A DNA stretch of 32,000 bases. Source: an archaeon (GTDB lineage: Archaea; Iainarchaeota; Iainarchaeia; Iainarchaeales; 1-14-0-10-31-34). Location: positions 102,363 through 134,362 of the forward strand of contig JAJRVL010000001.1 of NCBI GenBank assembly GCA_024277355.1, read 5' to 3'. Positions within the stretch are counted from its first letter, which is position 1, and every line of letters starts with the position of its first letter. Below the pieces are notes generated by a model, which searched no databases, had not been told where the DNA came from, and was given only the letters and a program-made list of their open reading frames with translations. Below are positions 17,701-24,303 of this stretch, one piece after another. The position numbers and the translations under genes were made by a program.

Positions 17701-20700
17701 AACAGGTTTGGTGAAACAGAATTTTTAATCCCAGTATTAGAACCAAACACTAAAATTGAATTTATTGCAGAAAAATTTGAATTTGAAACAGCAGTAAAAC
17801 AAGTAATTTTATCAGAAAACGTTTTTGTTGTTGAACCTGAAACAATAAATGAAACTTTAAGCCAGAGAAATAACCCTGAAATAACAAAAGAAATTACAAT
17901 AAAAAATTTACTTGAAACAGACTTAAAAATAGAAAAAATAGAATTAATTAATGAAACAGGCTATTTTGAAGAGTTTATTGAAATGGGTTTAATAAATGCA
18001 GTATTTGATTCATTTAATGGTACAATAATTAATTCTTATCCACAGGAATTTAATGGACAATTATTTAAAGTAAAATTACAGTCAGGTTTACCTGAAGGTT
18101 ATACTAGTTCCGCTAAAGGAATAATGACAATAAAATTAAAGAATGAAAGATTTAATGCAAGTTATTCAAAAGACATTAAAGTAGAATTAAATTTAGGGCA
18201 AGGCCAAGCAATAAATAATGCTTCTTGTCTGGAAATAGAAAACGGAGAAGCAATTTTTTCAAGGCAGACAACTTCTAATCCTGTTCAATTATCTTATAAA
18301 ATAGTAAATAATTGTATTGATGATTCCGGAGCAGGAATTAAAGTAAGAAATTTAAAAGCAAAAATTGAATGGACAGACAAAAAAGGAACTGTTTCATTGC
18401 AGATGAAAGGAAGAACAGCAGACTTAAAGACAACTTTATTCACTGACTTTTCTTCAGTTGTAAATGAAAGAGAAGAAATGCTTGTTTTGCTTACTTATAC
18501 TCCTGATGCAGAATTAACCGGAGAAGAAGGACAAACCGAATTTAACGTAATAATTGAAGCAGAAATAAATACTTCTTCAGGAATACAAATAATTAGAACT
18601 AATCCGCCTTTAATTAAAGGAACAATTGGAAATGTTGAATTACTTGAATGCATTGTATTTGACCCTAAACCAAAAATTGGAACAATAATTGAATCTGGAA
18701 GCGAAGAAGCAAACTTTTCAATAACAAACAACTGTGGAATGGAAATAGAATTAAGGTTTTGTAAAGGAGACACAAGATGCACTGGGGGAACTGAAGGAGG
18801 AATAATAGTTAAACCAGATACAATAGTTTCTTCATTAAAGATTGGAACAGGAAATAATAATGCAGAACAAGTAACAGTCAAAAGAACAAGTATTCCTGGA
18901 ATTTATGGAATAACAATTGAAGCAAAAAATGCAGGGGAAGCATGGAGAGAAATTTCAGTTTATGATGTTTTAGTTAAACCTAATGCAGGACATTATTTTA
19001 GTTTAGGAGATTATACAATTAAAGTCCCTGAAAAAAATAATCCGGATATAATTGAATTATATAATAACAGATTATTCACTAATGTTGATGTTGATGCAAG
19101 TGATTGTGTATGGGAAACAGCACAAGAAAAAAGTTTTGGAAGAAGCCTGCTTGAATTTGGCGGTTTAGCTTCAGGAGGAGCAGGCACTGCATTGCTTGTC
19201 ATGATGGCTTATAGCGGTCCTGCAGGATGGCTTACTGCAGGAATAGGCGCAGTAATTGGATTGGTTGTTTGTTTATTTGCCTGTTCTGACCCATGCGATG
19301 AAAGAACAACTGACACTTTACAGGATTACTTAATTAATTTAAGCGGAACAGGCGTTATTATGTCTAAAAGAAATTCTCCAAATCTTGCCGGAATTGAATT
19401 AACAATTAATGGAATTTCTACTGGTTACAGTTCTGAAGCAGCAATATTAGATTATACAAATGGCCCTCCAGGAAAAGAAACTCTTCCATTGACTTTTACT
19501 AAAATAACAGATTCATATAATAACATTAAGCCGACTTATGGAATTTTAACAATTAATGCAACAGAACATAATCAATTAACAGAATTAAATGTTCCAGAAA
19601 ATAATGATGACAGAGCAGGAGATTTAGTGCTTTATGGTTTGCCTGATAAATATTCAAATGGAAATGCAGATTATAATAATTTAACTGAAATTCAAAGAAA
19701 ATTCCATGTAAGAGCAATAACAAAAAGATTTATTGAAGAAATTCCTCCATTGCAGAGAAGTCTGGATTGTGTTAAACCAAACGGAGAAATTGGAGGAATA
19801 GGAGAACAAGCTTTACCTAAAATTAAATTAAACTGGGATTGGGATAAAATTGCATTTAATGAATGTGAAGAAGGAAACGAAAATTATATTTACTGTGATT
19901 CCTCTCAGTTTTCAGTAATGTTAAATAAAAGAATACACAAAATAGATGAATTTATGCAGAAAAACAATTTTAGTTTTTCATGTCCAGTAAATCCAGTAAC
20001 AGCAATAAATGAAGTACAATGGAATGCATCAAGAACAAACATAATTGAAAACGGAAAAATTGGAATAAAAGAAGTTCAAATTGAAACAAACAAGGAAACA
20101 GGAATAACAACAGTTTTAGCAGTAATAGAAAATAAAACAAGTGTTTCAATGAATTTAAATCCAGAAATAAATATTACTATTCCTGAAGGAATTGAATTTA
20201 CAGGAGAAAGTTCTTGTGTTACTTCAACAGGGAATATTGCATCAAACTCAACAAAAGAAGTTTCATGTGAATTTGAATTACCTGAAACAAATGAATTATA
20301 TAAAATAGAAATAAAACATATTTCCAAAACAGACTTTGATGCTTTAAGTGAAGAAGAACAAGGAAAATACAATCAAAACATATTCAATATAAATTACAGA
20401 TTAAATCAAATAAGTTCATGTTGGGCTGGAACAACAACAGGAATTTATTCAGGTTTATTTTCATTAAACCTTTATTTAAATAAATTAGATCCAAAATTTG
20501 GAGAATATGTAACTCAAAACGAAGTAAGAATTAATGGGCATTCAGTCCAGACTGACAGTCAGGAAATAATTAATGTAATAAAAGAAATCAAAAAATTAAG
20601 TCATTTTAATGTTTATATGATGAAAGATGGATTTAGTGAAGACTTTAAACAAGACTTTGCAGATTATTATGAAAACACTGCTTTTTTGGAAGGAGCAACA

Positions 20701-21852
20701 TGGTTTACTGATTCAGATTCAACAACAAAAAACAATGAATTAGCTGAATATTATAAACAAGGATTAATTTCATTTAACAGAAAATACTTAAATCAAGAAC
20801 AATTTGAATTGCCTGAACCAGGATTATATAGAGTTGATTTAAGCATTGATTACACTGGAGATAAATGGAATTTATTTGATTCAGAAGGAAACCCTAAAGC
20901 TAAAATAAAAGTTGAATTTACAAGATTACCTTCACCGACTCCAAACTCAATTTTTTATTATTTACCGTTTGACGGAAAAATAGGAGAAGAAAATTTCGCT
21001 TATCACAGAATAGGTTATGGAACAGGATACACTAATTTAAGGGAAGAACAATTAAAGATTAATTCTCAGACAATTCTTTCTTCAAGTCAGGCTTCAAGTA
21101 ATCCATTAAATGAAATGACAATAGAAAAAAGCGATTTATTAACTGAAATGAATTCAGAAGAAGAAACAAGAGGAAGCATTTTGAATTTAAATTATAATGG
21201 AGATGAACTAAACTTAAAGTTTTATCCTTCAAAAGCAACTCCAGTTGCATTAAAAATGCACCATGTGCAGACAACAGAAAATGATGAATTTAGTTATTAT
21301 TATGGAATGCAGGAATCAAATTTGCCTGTGACTGCAGGAAACAGATTAGCTTTTTGGAAAGGAATGGGTTCCTGCAGGGACTTTGAAGGAAAGTTTGTTC
21401 AGCAATACAAACAATGGGATTCAAAATATTCAAGTGAATCACAAAACTTATATGAAGTCAACTGGAATAATGCAATTAAAGGAGGCTCAACTTATTTGAA
21501 AACCGTGTTATATACTCCAATTGAAAGAAATATTTCATTAAAGGTTAATGAAACAGGTTCACTGCAAAATTCAAGTTTATTTACTTCAAATGAAGAAAAT
21601 TCTCCTTTGGTTTCATTAAATGGAATAAGCGGAATGGAATTTAATAACGCAAATCAGGGAACTTCAAGTTATTTGCAGAATATTGAAAATGTATTTGAAT
21701 TAGTTAGAAATGGAAATGCATGCATTTCACAAAATGATGTTTCAATGAATATTTACTGGAATGAAGCAGAATTATTCAGAACACAAGGATTAACTAAAAG
21801 TCTAAACGAATTAGAAGATTCATTGATTGCGGGAACAAACTGCATTGGATGA
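14746..21852 (+). CDS. Giant membrane-anchored surface protein, paralog 3 (2368 aa), TTG start
   Basis: The TTG start is supported by homology of MGLKDIYYSIEDKYYSLIEKTPLTKITDKIDSIVPSF to the N-termini of giants 1 and 2, and by GAAGGGA (14734-14740) 5 nt upstream. It has a TM helix AVLIALIILISGFLVLPF and CarboxypepD_reg-like repeats, e.g. GKLKIILVDEDKKNIANARVMLKDEDGSLL...AEGIVEYTGIKKGIYFAYAEKY. An internal Gly/Ala-rich hydrophobic segment lies at nt 19147-19290. Confidence 0.93.
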   Translation: MGLKDIYYSIEDKYYSLIEKTPLTKITDKIDSIVPSFAVLIALIILISGFLVLPFFGGEEYSFTVTIKDEQGKKLEGIKVNVFIGEEKQVLTTDSEGKISLKAKKDLKIKIEIDNKKYEFIEKQFNLTENELSFEVELKKIEAEPAEANLKFTDKSGKYITGKEITVNLSCSNSSIKPSPSTVKDSDKDGEIKINIPKGCGKLVINSVEVEGYENWFGTINSAVETIKLNAIFLGQALGDLKVIVENSNGELLDDIKVSLMKGNSKIDQKYTVDGTAEFTGIEIGFYDLKLEDEKNGFEPKRVYSVEIENEKINERTVEMQPTKKGTLKINILDKETNSKIKNSEVIIENELGEIIGERNTGETGNTIEFGLYSTEKLIIKARAEKYLPEKTEINPETQKEVEIKLEKITAENSGKLKIILVDEDKKNIANARVMLKDEDGSLLTEYPEKFSDAEGIVEYTGIKKGIYFAYAEKYPASGLSDSFEIKLTEKTEIELKLIIGTAKIELQTITKDGEFIPNTRVKVKSIDEEKTYTLNSEGKTTLEIKADKRVFFEFFDSKNVYSKYTTKEYQLLPKNYFITATMPEQNLGENLWIELKGVYLNDTKQTILAGGKKYKAVLELFVPENESYEEAGIHFRTGEDENPFIENDLVWIEKINVSNASKIKGTTWNPKKGQQTDFDSDNSASSNAKAKWTNILWNNVEPGVYEAEIELRIREGTGDKEKVSLSFRAWGKGRNYYYFPADNELGSSSSTTTKQGLYAETFQKEFNTEEEVPVCMENNLCLSKQRLEDKTKEPFIIQKKLPFEAGANGNYEYSFKIVNNSQSIYDEPELWIELIDATGNLTEEAEISYYEIKTSEGNSKTKEVNSNETQGISLGLYGRQSVIEGIIGIKTKNTGNTFVNLKIFEKVNNGSNKIFDNEKKTEIKIKSGKALEIELMPELIPAFAETPATIIIKDLDGIEVEQARVKLNVIEEGNRKITIEEKQTNRFGETEFLIPVLEPNTKIEFIAEKFEFETAVKQVILSENVFVVEPETINETLSQRNNPEITKEITIKNLLETDLKIEKIELINETGYFEEFIEMGLINAVFDSFNGTIINSYPQEFNGQLFKVKLQSGLPEGYTSSAKGIMTIKLKNERFNASYSKDIKVELNLGQGQAINNASCLEIENGEAIFSRQTTSNPVQLSYKIVNNCIDDSGAGIKVRNLKAKIEWTDKKGTVSLQMKGRTADLKTTLFTDFSSVVNEREEMLVLLTYTPDAELTGEEGQTEFNVIIEAEINTSSGIQIIRTNPPLIKGTIGNVELLECIVFDPKPKIGTIIESGSEEANFSITNNCGMEIELRFCKGDTRCTGGTEGGIIVKPDTIVSSLKIGTGNNNAEQVTVKRTSIPGIYGITIEAKNAGEAWREISVYDVLVKPNAGHYFSLGDYTIKVPEKNNPDIIELYNNRLFTNVDVDASDCVWETAQEKSFGRSLLEFGGLASGGAGTALLVMMAYSGPAGWLTAGIGAVIGLVVCLFACSDPCDERTTDTLQDYLINLSGTGVIMSKRNSPNLAGIELTINGISTGYSSEAAILDYTNGPPGKETLPLTFTKITDSYNNIKPTYGILTINATEHNQLTELNVPENNDDRAGDLVLYGLPDKYSNGNADYNNLTEIQRKFHVRAITKRFIEEIPPLQRSLDCVKPNGEIGGIGEQALPKIKLNWDWDKIAFNECEEGNENYIYCDSSQFSVMLNKRIHKIDEFMQKNNFSFSCPVNPVTAINEVQWNASRTNIIENGKIGIKEVQIETNKETGITTVLAVIENKTSVSMNLNPEINITIPEGIEFTGESSCVTSTGNIASNSTKEVSCEFELPETNELYKIEIKHISKTDFDALSEEEQGKYNQNIFNINYRLNQISSCWAGTTTGIYSGLFSLNLYLNKLDPKFGEYVTQNEVRINGHSVQTDSQEIINVIKEIKKLSHFNVYMMKDGFSEDFKQDFADYYENTAFLEGATWFTDSDSTTKNNELAEYYKQGLISFNRKYLNQEQFELPEPGLYRVDLSIDYTGDKWNLFDSEGNPKAKIKVEFTRLPSPTPNSIFYYLPFDGKIGEENFAYHRIGYGTGYTNLREEQLKINSQTILSSSQASSNPLNEMTIEKSDLLTEMNSEEETRGSILNLNYNGDELNLKFYPSKATPVALKMHHVQTTENDEFSYYYGMQESNLPVTAGNRLAFWKGMGSCRDFEGKFVQQYKQWDSKYSSESQNLYEVNWNNAIKGGSTYLKTVLYTPIERNISLKVNETGSLQNSSLFTSNEENSPLVSLNGISGMEFNNANQGTSSYLQNIENVFELVRNGNACISQNDVSMNIYWNEAELFRTQGLTKSLNELEDSLIAGTNCIG

Positions 21853-21876
21853 AAGCAAAACATTAAAACCAAATTA

Positions 21877-21884
21877 TTTTAAAC
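21877..21884 (+). promoter_or_regulatory. TATA-like box TTTTAAAC, exactly 22 nt before the ATG of the first small membrane-protein gene (candidate leaderless promoter)
   Basis: The sequence reads attaTTTTAAACtacaaaaaacattatttaatttATG, with no SD in the 22-nt spacer. The same box and spacing occur at 29703 and 31166. Confidence 0.4.
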
Positions 21885-21906
21885 TACAAAAAACATTATT
21901 TAATTT

Positions 21907-22236
21907 ATGTTTCCTGAATTAAGTTTTCTTTTTATTGGCGAATTTATTTCAGACATCGGTTTTGCATTAAAAATTTTTGTTTTAATTGCAATTGTTTCTT
22001 TTATTAAAAGTCATTTAGGTTCAGGGCCTTTTGCAGTAATTTTAATGGGTTTAACTGCTTATTTTGTTTTGTTTGATCAATGGAAATTATTTGGCGGAAT
22101 TTATGTGTTATATGTATTGTTTTTGTTTGGAGTAGGGCATTTAATGGTGGATTTCTTTTTTGTTGCACAGCATGCTCCTGGAGATGAAATGAGCCATATT
22201 CCAAGCCATAATATGCCTAAAGGAAGGATGCATTAA
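21907..22236 (+). CDS. Small polytopic membrane protein 1 (109 aa, ~3 TM), unknown family
   Basis: Hydrophobic helices IGFALKIFVLIAIVSFI, GPFAVILMGLTAYFVLF and LFGGIYVLYVLFLFGVGHLMVDFFFV. It has the loop motif KSHLGSGP shared with the next ORFs and a His-rich C-tail. It is the first of five back-to-back ORFs. Confidence 0.75.
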   Translation: MFPELSFLFIGEFISDIGFALKIFVLIAIVSFIKSHLGSGPFAVILMGLTAYFVLFDQWKLFGGIYVLYVLFLFGVGHLMVDFFFVAQHAPGDEMSHIPSHNMPKGRMH

Positions 22237-22237
22237 A

Positions 22238-22570
22238 ATGAATGAAAAAGGCGGATTAATTCTGATTATTTTTGGCTTATTTGTCATTGTAGGCTTATTG
22301 CCTTGGATTTTAATGAGCATAGTCCCGCAAGCAAAAATATTAATTCAATTAATCCTTGTTTTTGCGATTTATACTGCAGTAAGAGGCTATCTTGGATCTG
22401 GAACTTTAACTTTAATTATTTCAGGAGTATTAATTTACATTTTAGTAATAAAATATGCTGCATTTTCTTCTGCTGCTTATATGTATATGGTTGTTGTTCA
22501 GGTTGGAGTCAGTTCAATGCTTATCTGGGGAACAAATTTCTTTTTAATTAAGTTTGGGAGAAAACATTAA
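22238..22570 (+). CDS. Small polytopic membrane protein 2 (110 aa, ~4 TM), paralog of protein 1
   Basis: It starts 1 nt after the previous stop (TAAaATG), with AGGAAGGA at 22221-22228, 9 nt upstream. It carries the motif RGYLGSGT followed by LTLIISGVLIYILV. Confidence 0.78.
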   Translation: MNEKGGLILIIFGLFVIVGLLPWILMSIVPQAKILIQLILVFAIYTAVRGYLGSGTLTLIISGVLIYILVIKYAAFSSAAYMYMVVVQVGVSSMLIWGTNFFLIKFGRKH

Positions 22571-22581
22571 AGAGTGATAAA

Positions 22582-22833
22582 ATGGATTTAATGGTTTTTT
22601 CTGCTTTGGCTTTGGATTTAGAAATAGTTTTATCATTATTTTTTCTTGTATGGGTTTATGCTTGGGCAAAAGGAAAATTAGGCAGTCCAAAACTGGCAAT
22701 AATTTTTGCAGCAATAATTGTTTATTTGACTGTATCACAACACAGAGAATTAATCTGGTTAGGAGTGTTATTATTCTTATTAGCAACATTTGGAAAAGAA
22801 TTACTTGAAAAATTTAAGATTTATGGTGAATAA
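22582..22833 (+). CDS. Small polytopic membrane protein 3 (83 aa, ~3 TM), same family
   Basis: GAGTGAT at 22572-22578 lies 3 nt before the ATG. It carries the motif KGKLGSPK followed by LAIIFAAIIVYL. The N-terminus MDL... is shared with protein 4. Confidence 0.75.
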   Translation: MDLMVFSALALDLEIVLSLFFLVWVYAWAKGKLGSPKLAIIFAAIIVYLTVSQHRELIWLGVLLFLLATFGKELLEKFKIYGE

Positions 22834-23142
22834 ATGGATTTATTTAATTTAATTTTAGCAGTAATTTTTTTAATGATGGCCACGCAATGGGGCGAACCCT
22901 GGCTGATTGTGGGTTTATTATTAATTTTAGTTGTAGCAATGAAAGACTTTAAGTCAACAATAATTCTTTTTGTTGCAGCAATAGCATTATTTTTAATAAA
23001 AGACAATTTACAGGAATATGCTTTATTTGTAATAATTGGATTAATTTTATTAGCATTAATTTTAGGCAAAAAAACAGAAGAAGGGGGCCAATCCGAAATG
23101 TTTAATCCAGGAGGATTAGGCGGATTAATGGAAGGAATGTAA
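22834..23142 (+). CDS. Small polytopic membrane protein 4 (102 aa, ~4 TM), divergent member of the same family
   Basis: The ATG abuts the previous stop (TAAATG), and GGTGA at 22825-22829 lies inside the upstream gene, which suggests translational coupling. It has four hydrophobic helices and a Gly-rich C-tail NPGGLGGLMEGM. Confidence 0.75.
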   Translation: MDLFNLILAVIFLMMATQWGEPWLIVGLLLILVVAMKDFKSTIILFVAAIALFLIKDNLQEYALFVIIGLILLALILGKKTEEGGQSEMFNPGGLGGLMEGM

Positions 23143-23144
23143 AA

Positions 23145-23516
23145 ATGAAATTAAGTTATTTACTTGTATTAGTTTTATTTTTCTTTTATTTTTATTTTAA
23201 TGGACCTTATTTTATTGCTTGGATTATTGGAATACTTATTTTATTAATTGTAATTTCAAATCTTTTTTCTTCTACAACCGGAATTGCAAAAGCAACAGGA
23301 AAAGAATTACTCAGAGATGTTGAGTCAGACATGGAAAAAGCTAATCCTACAACTCCAAATAAAGAATACTTAAAAGAAATAATAAAAGAAACCGGAAGGA
23401 AAACAGGAGAAGCATTAGCTCCTGAAAATTACACTTATAAAAACAAAAATCTTTGGGAAAAAATAGGGCAGGGAACAAAAAATTTCTTTAATGGGTTAAA
23501 AAAAATATTTGAATAA
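23145..23516 (+). CDS. Small membrane protein 5 (123 aa): N-terminal hydrophobic hairpin plus a charged soluble C-terminal half
   Basis: It starts 2 nt after the previous stop, with GAAGGA at 23131-23136. The N-terminus is LLVLVLFFFYFYF..YFIAWIIGILILLIVISNLF, followed by a K/E-rich tail. Confidence 0.75.
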   Translation: MKLSYLLVLVLFFFYFYFNGPYFIAWIIGILILLIVISNLFSSTTGIAKATGKELLRDVESDMEKANPTTPNKEYLKEIIKETGRKTGEALAPENYTYKNKNLWEKIGQGTKNFFNGLKKIFE

Positions 23517-23598
23517 AAACCTTTTTAGAAAAAAGCTTTACCAAAAACAACTTTTAAAAAAAGTTTTATCAAAAAATGGCGAGTTTGATTAAAAACAG

Positions 23599-24186
23599 TT
23601 ATTTTTTTGTTAAAAGTTTTCTTTCAGTTTCAAGGATTTTTTTCATAATGTCATGCATTGCATTAATTTTTGCTTTAAAATCCTTAAAATCATTTTTTAT
23701 TTCAGAAACATCTTTTTCTATAGCATTAATTTCTTTCTTTAATTCATTTAAAGAACCTGCATCAATTTTTCCATGAACTGAATCAATTTTTTTATGTAAT
23801 TCATTTAATTTGTCATCTTGTTCTTCAAGCTTTAAGTCAGTTGACTGTTGTTTTAATACATCAACTCCTTCTTTTTCAGCTAAATGTTCTTTAATTTTAT
23901 TTGATGTCTGTGTTATAACTGAATCAATATCATATTCTTGTATTGAAGGGGTTTCAGTTTCAGAAACTTTTTCATTTATTACTGCTTCTTTTTCTGGAAT
24001 TTCTGCAATATTTTTTCCTGTTTCTTTCGGTTTTACTCCGGAAGTTCCTTTAGCAGTTAAAAGTAATTCTTCTGATTCTTGTTCAGTTAATCCTAAATCA
24101 CTTAAAGTACTTAGGATTATTTTATCTTCTATACCTGAATTAAGCATTTTTTTTATTGTTTTAATTACTACTTCTTTGTTAACCAT
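23599..24186 (-). CDS. Coiled-coil protein (195 aa), unknown function
   Basis: The minus-strand ORF has proteome-like K/E/D-rich composition and heptad-like C-terminal two thirds (LNELHKKIDSVHGKID...LKKEINAIEKDVSEIKNDFKDFKAKINAMHDIMKKILE). The overlapping plus-strand ORFs (23576-23776, 23810-24199) are S/F-rich antisense artefacts. Confidence 0.72.
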   Translation of the reverse strand: MVNKEVVIKTIKKMLNSGIEDKIILSTLSDLGLTEQESEELLLTAKGTSGVKPKETGKNIAEIPEKEAVINEKVSETETPSIQEYDIDSVITQTSNKIKEHLAEKEGVDVLKQQSTDLKLEEQDDKLNELHKKIDSVHGKIDAGSLNELKKEINAIEKDVSEIKNDFKDFKAKINAMHDIMKKILETERKLLTKK

Positions 24187-24303
24187 TAAACCACTTTAGC
24201 AATATAACTTTTTTTTTAAGAAAGATGTTTTTAAAGTATAATGTTATTTATAATATGAAGAACTTATTTATATTACTTTACAGAAAAAAAGATAGTTGAT
24301 TAG

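Noticed and set aside
1095-21274. Many 60-240-aa minus-strand ORFs inside the giant genes (e.g. 5703-6320, 9241-9786, 14787-15512, 15654-16127, 17295-17750, 18495-18881)
   Set aside because: These are shadow ORFs. The sense strand is rich in purine codons (AAA/GAA/AAT/ACA), whose reverse complements rarely give stops. The products are F/S/L/I-rich with no motifs, and each lies entirely within a homology-supported + strand gene.
8089-21852. PGF-CTERM or other C-terminal sorting signals on the giant proteins
   Set aside because: The C-termini (..EWNKEKLMKEMN, ..AEENCILK, ..IAGTNCIG) are hydrophilic with no terminal TM helix or basic tail. Anchoring appears to be N-terminal.
22004-23069. Minus-strand ORFs 22004-22204, 22544-22789 and 22821-23069, and the alternate-frame + ORF 22303-22551, over the small membrane-protein operon
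   Set aside because: The five + strand ORFs tile the region end to end with SD-like sites and coupled stop/start junctions, and they share a motif family. The competing ORFs are fragmentary, lack start contexts, and are Q/K/N-rich or Cys-rich antisense or off-frame products.
21907-23142. Small membrane proteins as SMR-type (EmrE-like) multidrug transporters
   Set aside because: The size and 4-TM count are similar, but I see no conserved membrane-embedded Glu in TM1 in the EmrE-like context, and the shared LGSG-loop motif is not an SMR feature I recognise. I leave them as unknown.
23576-24199. Plus-strand ORFs 23576-23776 and 23810-24199
   Set aside because: They are antisense to the 195-aa coiled-coil gene. 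Their S/F/C-rich composition is the signature of reading a K/E-rich gene backwards.
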